The notes beneath the pieces were generated by a model. It searched no databases, was not told the origin of the DNA, and was given only the letters and a program-made list of their open reading frames with translations. Position numbers and translations under genes: made by a program. This document shows positions 37,634 to 47,244 of a stretch of 64,000 nucleotides of DNA, in pieces. The number at the start of each line of letters is the position of its first letter. Position 1 is the first letter of the stretch. Source of the stretch: Gammaproteobacteria bacterium (GTDB lineage Bacteria; Pseudomonadota; Gammaproteobacteria; Steroidobacterales; Foliamicaceae); contig JAPOWV010000016.1 of assembly GCA_026707445.1 (NCBI GenBank), positions 6,758 to 70,757 on the forward strand, written 5' to 3'.

Positions 37634-39685
37634 ATGCACAAGTTTTCGAACAGTCGGTCGCCGTTGGCTCTGTTGGTCCTGGCGGCCGTCCTGCTTGCCG
37701 GCTGCGGGGATGACGCCGGGCGGCCGTTCGAGGCGCGCCCGGTTATAGAGGATCCGGGCTGGCCTACGTACGCGGGCGCGGAAGGGGGAACGCGCTATTC
37801 GCCGCTGAACCAGATCAACCGCTCCAATGTGGGCGACCTGGAAATCGCATGGATTTACCACACCGGTCACCTCGAACGAGCGCCGCATCTTTACGGAGCC
37901 GTGGGGTTTCAGACGACCCCGATACTCTTGCCGGAGGAGGCAGGGGGCCATCTGGTGCTGTGCGATCCGCTCAATCGGATCATCGCGCTGGGTCCGGCGA
38001 CCGGGAAGGAGCGGTGGGAGTTTGATCCCGCGATTGATCTAACCCCCTATGCCGGGCGTTTCAATTGCCGCGGCGTGACCTACTGGCGCGATCCGGAGGC
38101 CGCCGGGACGGACGCTTGCGCGCACCGTCTCATTCTGGCCACCAACGATCGCCGCCTCGTCGCCGTAGATGCACGCACCGGCCAGCCGTGCGCGGGATTC
38201 GGCGAAGGCGGGTTTGTCGACGTCACGCCGATCATTCTCGAATTGCAGCCGGCCAATCAGCTCCTGACGATGCAGCTGAACTCGCCGGCCGCGGTGGTCA
38301 ACGGCGTTATCGTCGTCGGCGGGACCGCCGACAAGTTCAGGGACGCCAGCTCCATGAACGGCGCAGTGCGCGCGTTCAGCGCCCGCACCGGCGAGCACCT
38401 GTGGACGTTCGACACGCTGATCCGGGAGCCGGCGGACGACCCGACGAGCAGCGCCTGGCACGTGGGCGGCGCCAACGCCTGGATCAATTTTTCGTGGGAC
38501 AGCGAGCACGACTTGGTGTTCATTCCCACGGCCAGTCCCGCGCCAAATTTCTACGGGGGCAAGCGCCCCGGAGATAACCTCTACGCCAATTCCGTCATCG
38601 TGCTGCGCGCCGCCACCGGGGAACTGGTCTGGCACTACCAGGTACTGCATCACGACCTGTGGGACTGGGACCTGCCCACCAACCCCATTCTGGCGGAGAT
38701 CAGCCGCGATGGCGAGAAGGTCCCGGTTGCCATGCAACTGACCAAGCAGGGCATGATCTTCACCTTCCACCGCTATACGGGCGAGCCTTTCTTCGAGATC
38801 GAGGAGCGTCCGGTTCCCACGGACGGTTTGCCGGAGGACGACGTTTCGCCCACCCAGCCGTTTCCGGTCAAACCGCCGCCGCTGGTCAAGCACGGGATCG
38901 GGCCGGAGGATGCCTGGGGGCTTACGCCCTACGACCGGAACAAGTGCCGCGAATTGATCGAGTCGATGCGCTACGGGCCGATTTACACACCGCCCACCAC
39001 GGAGTCCACGCTGATGATGCCGAACGTGGGCGGAGGCATGAACTGGGGTGGCGGCGCCTTCGATCCCGCCAGCAATATTCTCGTTACGCCGGTGGGTCAA
39101 TCTCCTTACAGGCTCCGCCTGATTCCCAACGAGGAGATCGACCCGGTAGCGGGCAGGCTGCCGACGGCTGGCCTGCCGATCGGTCCGCCCGGATACATTG
39201 AAGGCACCGACTACGGTCTGGAGCAGGGCCCGTTGTTTTCGCCCTTCATGATGCCGTGCACGGCGCCGCCCTGGGCCAAGCTCGTTGCAGTCGACATGGC
39301 CGCGGGCGAGATACTGTGGGAACAGCCGCTGGGATTGGTCGACAAGCTGGCGCCGGTGCCCATACCATTTCGCTGGGGCACGCCGTACGCCGGTGGACCG
39401 ATCGCAACCGGGGGCGGCCTGGTCTTTATCGGCGCGACCGCCGATGAGCGCTTCCGCGCCTACGACACCGAGACCGGCGAGCTGCTGTGGGAGTTCGAAG
39501 GCCCCACGTCCGCCAACGCCACGCCCATGACCTACATGGCCGGCGGCAGGCAATACGTGGTGGTCGCGACCGGCGGTCACAACTGGGTCTATCCGTACAA
39601 GAAGGGCGATTCCGTCGTGGCCTACAGCCTCCCCGGGGGCGAGGGCGTCTCGCCCCGGAGCGAGGGCGTCCCGCCCTCAGAATGA
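37634..39685 (+). CDS. PQQ-dependent dehydrogenase (quinoprotein glucose/alcohol dehydrogenase family), lipoprotein
   Basis: Lipobox LLAGCG. An eight-bladed propeller-type repeat pattern with W-motifs (GERWEFD, GEHLWTFD, GELVWHYQ, GEILWEQP, GELLWEFE) and HHDLWDWD. Confidence 0.8.
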   Translation: MHKFSNSRSPLALLVLAAVLLAGCGDDAGRPFEARPVIEDPGWPTYAGAEGGTRYSPLNQINRSNVGDLEIAWIYHTGHLERAPHLYGAVGFQTTPILLPEEAGGHLVLCDPLNRIIALGPATGKERWEFDPAIDLTPYAGRFNCRGVTYWRDPEAAGTDACAHRLILATNDRRLVAVDARTGQPCAGFGEGGFVDVTPIILELQPANQLLTMQLNSPAAVVNGVIVVGGTADKFRDASSMNGAVRAFSARTGEHLWTFDTLIREPADDPTSSAWHVGGANAWINFSWDSEHDLVFIPTASPAPNFYGGKRPGDNLYANSVIVLRAATGELVWHYQVLHHDLWDWDLPTNPILAEISRDGEKVPVAMQLTKQGMIFTFHRYTGEPFFEIEERPVPTDGLPEDDVSPTQPFPVKPPPLVKHGIGPEDAWGLTPYDRNKCRELIESMRYGPIYTPPTTESTLMMPNVGGGMNWGGGAFDPASNILVTPVGQSPYRLRLIPNEEIDPVAGRLPTAGLPIGPPGYIEGTDYGLEQGPLFSPFMMPCTAPPWAKLVAVDMAAGEILWEQPLGLVDKLAPVPIPFRWGTPYAGGPIATGGGLVFIGATADERFRAYDTETGELLWEFEGPTSANATPMTYMAGGRQYVVVATGGHNWVYPYKKGDSVVAYSLPGGEGVSPRSEGVPPSE

Positions 39686-39695
39686 AGAAACCCGC

Positions 39696-40355
39696 ATGAA
39701 AGCGGAATTCTGGCTCGACAAGTGGAAGCGGAACGAGATCGGGTTCCACCAGGAATCCATCAACGAATCCTTGCAGGCGTATTGGCCATCCGCGCGGGCG
39801 CCGGCGGGCGGCGCCGTGCTGGTTCCCCTGTGCGGCAAGTCGCTGGACATGTGCTGGCTGGCGGAGCAGGGGCACGCGGTAATCGGCATCGAGGTGAGCG
39901 CGCTGGCTTGCGAAGCGTTTTTCAACGGGCAGGGGCTTGAGCCGCGCATTGAAGAAACGGGACAGCTGCTCAGCATGAGCGCCGGGGCTTACCGCCTCCT
40001 GCAAGGTGATTTCTTCGAGTCGACCGTTGCGGACATTGGTGCGGCCGACGCGTTCTACGACCGGGCCGCGCTGGTGGCCATGCCGCCCGACATGCAGCCG
40101 GCCTACGTCCGTCAACTGATCAGCCTGTTGCCTCCCGGCACTGCGGGCATCGTGAACTGCGTCGAGTATCCGCCGGATGCCATGGCAGGCCCGCCGTTTT
40201 CCGTCGATGAGGCCCGCTTGCGTCACCTGCTGGAGCCGTATTGCCGGGTGGAAAGGTGCGCAAGCAGGGAAGTCGAGACCCTGGGTTCCGGGTTGAAGGA
40301 GCGCGGCCTGGCGGGCCTGACGGAAACGGTCTACCGGGTTCAGGTCAACCCGTAA
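39696..40355 (+). CDS. tpm: Thiopurine S-methyltransferase
   Basis: FWLDKWKRNEIGFHQ...VLVPLCGKSLDMCWLAEQGHAVIGIEVS...DRAALVAMPP, the TPMT family pattern. Confidence 0.88.
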   Translation: MKAEFWLDKWKRNEIGFHQESINESLQAYWPSARAPAGGAVLVPLCGKSLDMCWLAEQGHAVIGIEVSALACEAFFNGQGLEPRIEETGQLLSMSAGAYRLLQGDFFESTVADIGAADAFYDRAALVAMPPDMQPAYVRQLISLLPPGTAGIVNCVEYPPDAMAGPPFSVDEARLRHLLEPYCRVERCASREVETLGSGLKERGLAGLTETVYRVQVNP

Positions 40356-40372
40356 CGCCGCACCCTGCCGGT

Positions 40373-41998
40373 TCAGCGCTGCGCCGCCAGCACCGTGTTC
40401 CCGGGATAGCTGACCTCGTACCGGTGCACGATGCGCCAGTTCTCTCCCGGCTCAAGTTGCTTGCGCCAGGCGATCACCCCGGGCCGCTCTTCGAGGTCCT
40501 TGCTGTCCGGCGGAGTGGCGCTGCGCGGAACGGTGACCTCGATTCGCTCGTCCCTTGATACGGGGTAATAGTCGAGCACTTCAATCTCGGCGGGCGTCGC
40601 GTGGCGATTGACGATCCCGAACAGGAAGTCCGTCAGTTCGGTCGTTCGGCTGGACAGGATTCCCTGACTGCCTTTCTCCCCGCCCTGGTCGATCGCGAGC
40701 ACGCCGATCCTGCGGTCCGGTCCCATGGGCAGCACCGTCCCGGACCCCGGCAGCAGTTCCGGGAAGCTGGAGCGTCCCACGTAGGCGCCGTCGATAAACA
40801 CCCTCATCGTCCCGGCAACAAGCGGCTGGTCGCTTTCGTTGCTGATCCTTGCGGTCAGGAAGGCTTCGGCGCTTTGCCTCGGGGTAACGCGCGTCACGAG
40901 CGCGGCCCGATGGCCGTATTCGGCGAGCGGCACGGCATGCGCCTGGTCGGCGCTGTTGGAAATGCTCGTCCGCTCAGGGGGCCTGTAGGAAACCGTATGC
41001 CTGTTCTGCCCGCTGCGTGCGTCCGCCCGCGCGACTGAATCCGTCGCGGACATGTCCGGGCCAAGGGCCATGGTCCGGGAAAGCATTCTTTCTTCCGAAT
41101 CCGCCCAGGGCACGGGTTCGTATACGTCCAGGAACCGGCTGTCCTGCTCGGGCGCCTTCATCCGGCCGCTCGGGTTCGAGGTCGACAGGACCAGTTGCAC
41201 ATCACGCCACTCTTCCTCCGTGCCTTGCCGGACGCGGGCTTCGTGGGTGAGCCTGAGCGTATTCCCGCGGGTGTCGAGGTAGGCGCTGTAGCCGGACTCC
41301 CAACTCGCATCGGACTGAAGATAATGCACCCGAATATCCGTATCCAGGGCGTGGGCGGCATGCAGGAGGACCGACAGGCGGGCCGATGCCGGATTACGGC
41401 CGCGCAAGTCACGCAGTTGCCGTTCCAGCACCGACAGGTTTTCCTCCAGTTGCCTGCGATCGATGCGGGCCTCGCGAATCCGGCGCCGGGCCCCGGCCGC
41501 GCCTTCGCCGAGCATGTCCAGCGCCTCGCGCCAGGAGCCGATATCGGCCTGACCGCCGGCCGCCTTGAGCCGCTCGCCGCCGGCGCTGTCCCGTGCTATT
41601 CCTTTCAGGAACTCAAGTTGCAGTTCGGCGGTAGCGATGTCGTCGTCTATTACGGAAATCTGATGCTCCGTTACCGCGATTTCGTCCGCAAGGCGGCCAA
41701 TCTCGGCGTTGTACGCGTCGCGCTGCCGGACAAGATCCATTTCGACGGCGCGCACCTCGACATCGCCGCTGGCGGAGTCGACCTGCACACCCTGCAGGCT
41801 TATACCGCCCGGCAGACCGGTCAGCGCCACCCGGTTTGGGCCTTTTGCAAGCCGTACCCGGGCCAGCCTCGTAACGCGCGCGCCCTGCGGATACACCGTT
41901 ACCGCATCGATGGAGGAGTCGACCGCTTCGATCGCTCGCGCTTCCAGGGACACTGCCGCCAGCGCGACAGCAGCGAATGCCACGATTCTCAGGGCCAT
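40373..41998 (-). CDS. DUF4139/DUF4140 (MuiA-like) exported protein
   Basis: Signal peptide, then VTVYPQGARVTRLARVRL...GPNRVALTGLP, a central coiled coil and a large C-terminal beta-rich region, which is the family architecture. Confidence 0.65.
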   Translation of the reverse strand: MALRIVAFAAVALAAVSLEARAIEAVDSSIDAVTVYPQGARVTRLARVRLAKGPNRVALTGLPGGISLQGVQVDSASGDVEVRAVEMDLVRQRDAYNAEIGRLADEIAVTEHQISVIDDDIATAELQLEFLKGIARDSAGGERLKAAGGQADIGSWREALDMLGEGAAGARRRIREARIDRRQLEENLSVLERQLRDLRGRNPASARLSVLLHAAHALDTDIRVHYLQSDASWESGYSAYLDTRGNTLRLTHEARVRQGTEEEWRDVQLVLSTSNPSGRMKAPEQDSRFLDVYEPVPWADSEERMLSRTMALGPDMSATDSVARADARSGQNRHTVSYRPPERTSISNSADQAHAVPLAEYGHRAALVTRVTPRQSAEAFLTARISNESDQPLVAGTMRVFIDGAYVGRSSFPELLPGSGTVLPMGPDRRIGVLAIDQGGEKGSQGILSSRTTELTDFLFGIVNRHATPAEIEVLDYYPVSRDERIEVTVPRSATPPDSKDLEERPGVIAWRKQLEPGENWRIVHRYEVSYPGNTVLAAQR

Positions 41999-42153
41999 AT
42001 GACGTTCTCCCGCTTTGAGTTGCCTGGTGCCGATAATGGGATGCGGTAGCGGCCCGAAAGCGTTGCGCGGGAGCCGGTGGACGGTTCGCGCCGTGCGCTG
42101 TCAACGGGCGCCGCGAAGTACAATGAATCGGCCCCATACATTCAAGAACCGTG

Positions 42154-42867
42154 ATGAAGAAAGTACTTGTAATCCGCAATGTCAGCTACGAAACCGAGGG
42201 GCTGCTGGAATCGCTCCTTCGTGATGAAGGCCTGGTGCTCGATATCGTCGATTTCCAGCAGGACGCCTCCGCCGAACCGCTACTTGACGGGTATGCGGGC
42301 GTGGTTGTCATGGGCGGTCCGATGGGCGCCAACGATACGGATCGTTTCCCGTACCTGCTGCAGGTGGAGCGCCTTTGCTCCGAAGCCATGGAACGATCCG
42401 TGCCCCTGGTGGGCGTCTGCCTCGGCGCGCAGATCATGGCCAAGGTCCTGGGCAGCGACGTGTATCCCAATCCGGTGCGCGAAGTAGGGTGGTATGACCT
42501 GACGACCGCGAAGGGCGCCGGCAGCGACGCGCTGTTTTCGGAACTGGAACCGCACGAGGTGGTCCTGCAGTGGCACGGCGACACCTTCGATCTGCCGAAG
42601 GACGCCGTTTTGCTGGCGTCGTCGCCGGATTGCGTCAACCAGGCATTTCGTTACGGCGAAAACGGCTACGCGGTGCAGTTTCACCTGGAAATCCTGGAAT
42701 CGATGATCAGGGAATGGGTCCGGCGGGACGCCGCGCGCGGGTGGTTGGGCGAGAAGGGGCGCATAAGCGCCTCGCGCATTCTTGCCGACACGGACACCTA
42801 CATGAGCCGCTCGGAAGAACTGGGGCGGCGTGTCTATACACGTTTTGCGCGCATGATCGCGGCCTGA
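42154..42867 (+). CDS. Class I glutamine amidotransferase-like protein
   Basis: GVVVMGGPMGAND...PLVGVCLGAQIMA (nucleophile Cys) and QFHLE (His/Glu). Confidence 0.8.
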   Translation: MKKVLVIRNVSYETEGLLESLLRDEGLVLDIVDFQQDASAEPLLDGYAGVVVMGGPMGANDTDRFPYLLQVERLCSEAMERSVPLVGVCLGAQIMAKVLGSDVYPNPVREVGWYDLTTAKGAGSDALFSELEPHEVVLQWHGDTFDLPKDAVLLASSPDCVNQAFRYGENGYAVQFHLEILESMIREWVRRDAARGWLGEKGRISASRILADTDTYMSRSEELGRRVYTRFARMIAA

Positions 42868-42886
42868 GGAGCGCCGGGACGGGGTC

Positions 42887-44170
42887 ATGCATGTGCTGAT
42901 CGTCGGCTGCGGCGTCATCGGCGTCAGTACCGCCTGGTATCTCGCCCGGGCCGGTGCCGCCGTTACGGTCGTGGAGCGAAGGGATGGCGCGGCCCTGGAG
43001 ACCAGCTTCGCCAATGGAAGCATGCTTACTCCGAGCCTGTCCGCACCCTGGAATTCACCGGGCGTGTGGCTGACGCTTCTCAAGTACCTGGGCCGGGAGG
43101 AGGCGGCGTTGCTGGTCCGGCCGGCCGCATTCCCCCAGTTGTTGCTTTGGGGTTACCGGTTCCTGCGGAACAGCCGGCGTGCACGCCATGAGATCAGTCT
43201 TAGAAAGAATCTTAAACTATGTAATTATTCCATTGAAATAATGGCAGAAATAAGGTCCGAGACGGCTATCGAATACGAGGCCGCGCTTACCGGCGTCATG
43301 GAAGTCTGCCGCGACGAAGCAGCGATGAGACGGGGGCGGGAGCATACCGCCACCCTCGGGGCCTACCAGGTGCCGGTAAAGGAATTGAGCGCGGGGGCGG
43401 TAGTGGAAATGGAACCGGCCCTGGAGGCGATTCAGCACGATCTGGCCGGCGGGTTCCTTTATCCGGCCGATGAAGTGGGAGACGCCTACAAGTTCAGTTG
43501 CCGCCTGCAGGCGCACGCGGAACGCCATGGCGCCACTTTCCGTTTCGGTAAAAGCGTGGACAGATTGCTGGCGCGGAACGGACGGTTGCAGGGTGTACGC
43601 TTGCGCGATGGCGAGGAGATCGAGGCCGATCAGATTGTGGTGGCCGCCGGCAGCTATACGCCGGGGCTGGTGCGCCCACTGGGCGTTCGCGTGCCGGTTT
43701 GTCCGGCCAAGGGCTACTCGCTGACCACGCCCATGCCGGAAGGATTGCCTGTCCTGGGCCATGCCGTTCTGGATGACCGTTACAAGGCCGGCGTAGTGCC
43801 GTTGGGCGGTCGTCGTATCCGGGTCGGGGGAACGGTGGAGTTCACCGGCTTCAACCTCGAGCTTTCGTCCAGGCGGGTCGCCAATCTGCGCAGGCTGCTG
43901 GCAGGCGTGCTTCCCCGGCATGCCGAGCGTATTCCCGTTGATGAAATGCGGCCCTGGTGCGGCCTTCGCCCGGCCTCGCCGGATGGCGTGCCGATCGTGG
44001 GCGCCAGCGGCGTGGACGGATTGTCCCTGGCGACCGGGCATGGCCACCTGGGCTGGTCGATGGCGGCGGGAACGGGCAAGGCGCTGGCGCAGCAATTGCT
44101 GGGCGGGCGCCGGGAGTTTCCGCTCGCCGGATATGAACTGTCGAGGTTCGGCCAGGAGATACGACACTGA
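42887..44170 (+). CDS. FAD-dependent oxidoreductase, D-amino-acid dehydrogenase (DadA)-like
   Basis: The N-terminal dinucleotide fold is VLIVGCGVIGVSTAWYLARAG, with DadA-like blocks SFANGSMLTPS and GLRPASPDGVPIVG...TGHGHLGW. Confidence 0.8.
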   Translation: MHVLIVGCGVIGVSTAWYLARAGAAVTVVERRDGAALETSFANGSMLTPSLSAPWNSPGVWLTLLKYLGREEAALLVRPAAFPQLLLWGYRFLRNSRRARHEISLRKNLKLCNYSIEIMAEIRSETAIEYEAALTGVMEVCRDEAAMRRGREHTATLGAYQVPVKELSAGAVVEMEPALEAIQHDLAGGFLYPADEVGDAYKFSCRLQAHAERHGATFRFGKSVDRLLARNGRLQGVRLRDGEEIEADQIVVAAGSYTPGLVRPLGVRVPVCPAKGYSLTTPMPEGLPVLGHAVLDDRYKAGVVPLGGRRIRVGGTVEFTGFNLELSSRRVANLRRLLAGVLPRHAERIPVDEMRPWCGLRPASPDGVPIVGASGVDGLSLATGHGHLGWSMAAGTGKALAQQLLGGRREFPLAGYELSRFGQEIRH

Positions 44171-45339
44171 TGTCGCGCAAACTCGATCGCTGCTACAACC
44201 TGGAGGACCTGCGCAAGCTGGCGCGCAAACGCCTGCCTTCGCCCATGTATCACTACATGCGCGGCGGCGCCGACGACGAATGGTCGCTCAACAACAATAC
44301 GGCGGCGTTCGACCGGTACGAGCTGCTCCCGCGCTACCTGGTCAACGTGGAAAAGATCGACGCCGGTGTCACCGTGCTGGGACAGGATCTCGAGTGGCCG
44401 CTGTTCCTCTCGCCCACCGGGATGTCACGCATCTTTCACCACGACGGCGAAATCGGCGCGGCGAGGGCGGCGCATCGCTCGGGCACGATGTATTCGTTGT
44501 CCACGCTGGGCTCCACAAGCATTGAGGACGTGGCGGCGGCCAGCGAAGGGCCGCGGATGTTCCAGATCTACGTGCTCAGGGACCCGGGACTGAACCGGGA
44601 GTTCATCGAGCGTTGCAGGGAAGCGAAGTATTCCGCGCTCTGCCTTACCGTTGACGTGCCCGTGGGCGGCAATCGCGAGCGGGACTTCTACACGGGCATG
44701 ACGGTGCCGCCGAAGCTGACCTTCATGAGCAAGCTCGACGTGGCGCGGCATGTCAGCTGGTCGTATCGCTACCTCACGTCGGGCGCCGCCGAAATGGCCA
44801 ATTTTTCCTATCGCGTACGGGATTCGGAGGACACCAACCTGATGGGCTATGTCAGCCGCCAGTTCGACATGACGGTCGACTGGGACGACGCCGCGCGCAT
44901 GATCGAGCAATGGGGAGGGCCCTTCGCCATCAAGGGGGTGATGTGCGCGGAGGACGCGCGCCGCTCGGTGGAGGCAGGCGCCAGCGCGGTCATGCTCTCG
45001 AACCACGGGGGGCGGCAACTGGACGGCGCGCCCGCCCCGGTCGATCTGGTGCGAGAGGTTCGCGACGCCATCGGCGACGCGGCGGAGGTGATCGTCGACG
45101 GAGGAGTGCGGCGGGGAACGCACGTGCTGAAGGCTTTGGCGCTGGGCGCAACGGCCTGTTCCACCGGCCGCGGCTACCTGTATGGCCTGGGAGCGGGTGG
45201 CGAGGCCGGCGTGGACCGCGCCCTGAAAATTCTTCGCGAGGAGGTGGAGAGGGATCTGGCCCTGCTGGGCTGTGTGCGCGCCCGCGATCTCGACGGGCGC
45301 TTCGTGCGGGAGGTCGGACGTCAAGGAGCAAGGAAATGA
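44170..45339 (+). CDS. FMN-dependent alpha-hydroxy-acid dehydrogenase/oxidase (LldD/glycolate oxidase family)
   Basis: Contains YHYMRGGADDEWSLNNN, LSPTGM, SNHGGRQLDG and VDGGVRRGTHVLKALALGA. There is a 1-nt overlap with the upstream gene. Confidence 0.88.
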   Translation: MSRKLDRCYNLEDLRKLARKRLPSPMYHYMRGGADDEWSLNNNTAAFDRYELLPRYLVNVEKIDAGVTVLGQDLEWPLFLSPTGMSRIFHHDGEIGAARAAHRSGTMYSLSTLGSTSIEDVAAASEGPRMFQIYVLRDPGLNREFIERCREAKYSALCLTVDVPVGGNRERDFYTGMTVPPKLTFMSKLDVARHVSWSYRYLTSGAAEMANFSYRVRDSEDTNLMGYVSRQFDMTVDWDDAARMIEQWGGPFAIKGVMCAEDARRSVEAGASAVMLSNHGGRQLDGAPAPVDLVREVRDAIGDAAEVIVDGGVRRGTHVLKALALGATACSTGRGYLYGLGAGGEAGVDRALKILREEVERDLALLGCVRARDLDGRFVREVGRQGARK

Positions 45340-46310
45340 CTGTTCAAGGCCCCCCTTCACTCGCCGAGATTCGTGCCTACCGGGAAGTTGTCAGAGAACG
45401 TATCGTGCGCACCCCCGTGCACGAATGGCGCGGCACGGAGGTCAGCAAACGCGCGCCCGACATGCGCATATCGATCAAGTTCGAGCTGTTGCAGATGACC
45501 GGGACCTTCAAGGCCAGGGGCGCGCTGGCCTGGATGCTTTCCCTGCCCAAGGACAAGCTGAGGAAGGGCGTTACCGCGGTCAGCGCCGGCAATCACGCCG
45601 TTGCCGTTTCCTGGGCGGCGCACGTGATGGGCGCGCCGGCCCACGTCGTGATCATTTCTCCGGCCAACCCGGCGCGGATCCGGCAGGCTAGGGCCTGGGG
45701 CGCGAAAGTGGAACTGATCGACAACGCGGAGGCCGCCTTTCAGCGGGTCCTGAACATCGAGAAGGAGGATGGCAAGACGCTGGTCCATCCGTTTGAGGGA
45801 CGTTCTATCACTATCGGCACGGGCGCCCTGGGAATGGAGTGGCTGGAACAGGCGCCGGATCTGGACGCGCTCGTGATCCCGATCGGGGGAGGAGGGCTGA
45901 TCGCCGGCGTCGGTGCGGCGGTCAAGCAAATTCGTCCGGAGATTTCCGTATACGGGGCCGAGCCGTTCGGGGCGGACTCGATGTTCCAGAGCCTTTCCAG
46001 CGAGAAGCCGGTTCAGGCGAAGCGTGTCGATTCGATCGCCGACAGCCTGCGGGCGCCCAATGCCCGCGAATACAGTTTCGCGCTGGCCAGCCGCCACATG
46101 GACGATCTCGGCCGGGTCGGCGACGACGACATTCGCGACGCGATGCGGTTGATCCTGCAGGAACTGAAGATGATGGTGGAACCCGCCTGCGCGACCGCGA
46201 CTGCCGCAGCCCTCGGCCCGTTGCGCGAACGCCTGGAGGGCAGGCACGTGGGCGTGCTGCTGTGCGGATCCAACATCGACCTCGCCACCTTCAGCCGGCT
46301 GATCAACTGA
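45336..46310 (+). CDS. PLP-dependent threonine/serine dehydratase family enzyme
   Basis: ATGA overlap with the upstream gene. ELLQMTGTFKARGA (PLP Lys), SAGNHAVAVS, and the PIGGGGLIAG glycine loop. Confidence 0.82.
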   Translation: MTVQGPPSLAEIRAYREVVRERIVRTPVHEWRGTEVSKRAPDMRISIKFELLQMTGTFKARGALAWMLSLPKDKLRKGVTAVSAGNHAVAVSWAAHVMGAPAHVVIISPANPARIRQARAWGAKVELIDNAEAAFQRVLNIEKEDGKTLVHPFEGRSITIGTGALGMEWLEQAPDLDALVIPIGGGGLIAGVGAAVKQIRPEISVYGAEPFGADSMFQSLSSEKPVQAKRVDSIADSLRAPNAREYSFALASRHMDDLGRVGDDDIRDAMRLILQELKMMVEPACATATAAALGPLRERLEGRHVGVLLCGSNIDLATFSRLIN

Positions 46311-46340
46311 CTCAGGGCGGGGCCGCTTCGATCCCGCCGT

Positions 46341-46859
46341 TCAGAAATTGAGGGCGAGGGTGCGCGGTTGACCGAATGAGGGCAGGCTGATGAGGTGCAG
46401 TTGTCCCGGACCGAATTCCGCCAGGTTGAGTGCGGCGGGGTCCCATTCGGCCAGCAGCGCCGACGCCAGGTTCGTGCCGGCCACGATGATCACGATTTTT
46501 CCACGGTGCTGCCTGGCCAGCCCGCGCGCGAAGGCGGCGGGGTCCTCGATCAGCACGTCCGTAATAGGCTGCTCAAGGCTTTCGGAAAGCACGCGAACCG
46601 TCTCACGTTCGGGCTCTCCGCCGGCGCTGAAGATACCCGCCAGCAGATCGGGAGCGGCGAGGTTGCCCGCAAGGCGGCCGAGTGCCTCGGCGCGGGCCCG
46701 ACCGTTGTCGCTGAGCGAAGCGGAGTCGCCGTCCTGACGCTCAGCGGATGTCACGAGCAGCACCGTAGTGGTGGCTTCGCTGCCCTGAAGTTGCCAGACG
46801 ACGATCAGCACGCCCGCCAGGAAAACGGCTGCCAGCAGGTTGCGGTAGCGCGGGCGCAA
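46341..46859 (-). CDS. Hypothetical membrane-anchored protein (~172 aa)
   Basis: Only the 3' third of the 467-aa minus-strand ORF looks real. A TTG at 46859 gives RPRYRNLLAAVFLAGVLIVVWQL (a TM helix) followed by a globular domain. The upstream part is the mirror image of the repeat gene on the + strand. The start is uncertain. Confidence 0.4.
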   Translation of the reverse strand: MRPRYRNLLAAVFLAGVLIVVWQLQGSEATTTVLLVTSAERQDGDSASLSDNGRARAEALGRLAGNLAAPDLLAGIFSAGGEPERETVRVLSESLEQPITDVLIEDPAAFARGLARQHRGKIVIIVAGTNLASALLAEWDPAALNLAEFGPGQLHLISLPSFGQPRTLALNF

Positions 46860-46970
46860 TCTAGTACCGGCATGTGGCGGCAAGCGACATGGCCTCGATA
46901 GTACTACTGCGATCTGCGTAAAATAAAGGCTGTTGCCGATACCCTTTCGCGCATGTGAGGCGAGTGACAC

Positions 46971-47165
46971 GTGGACCTGTTCAGCTTTTTCTTCGACAAC
47001 GTGGGTGCGCTGTTCGCGCTCGCCTTCGTGCTGTTCAACCTGGCTGCCTGGGTGATGAGGCGCGTCCGGCAAAAGCGCCAGCAGGAACGGTACGGACACT
47101 ATCCGCCGGCGGTGCGGTCGGGCCGGCTGAATTACGACGAGTACAGAAAGCGACGCGACGACTGA
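46971..47165 (+). CDS. Small membrane protein (64 aa)
   Basis: The GTG start gives a hydrophobic N-terminus, FSFFFDNVGALFALAFVLFNLAAWV, then a basic tail. It lies upstream of the lipoprotein/kinase operon. No homology was recognised. Confidence 0.35.
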   Translation: MDLFSFFFDNVGALFALAFVLFNLAAWVMRRVRQKRQQERYGHYPPAVRSGRLNYDEYRKRRDD

Positions 47166-47244
47166 TTGGCGCATCAAATGCCTAAAGGGCCCGGGATCAT
47201 GCCGGTGGTATGCTAGTTTCAAATGTGAGGGTCGGCCAGCTGCA

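Noticed and set aside
46316-46338. Short GC hairpins between convergent genes as intrinsic terminators: GGCGGG-11 nt-CCCGCC here, CGGGC-gaat-GCCCG at 54904-54917, and GGAGCG/CGCTCC at about 15303-15326
   Set aside because: The stems are only 5-6 bp, have large or minimal loops and lack a following T-tract. They are not strong enough to call, although they may contribute to termination.
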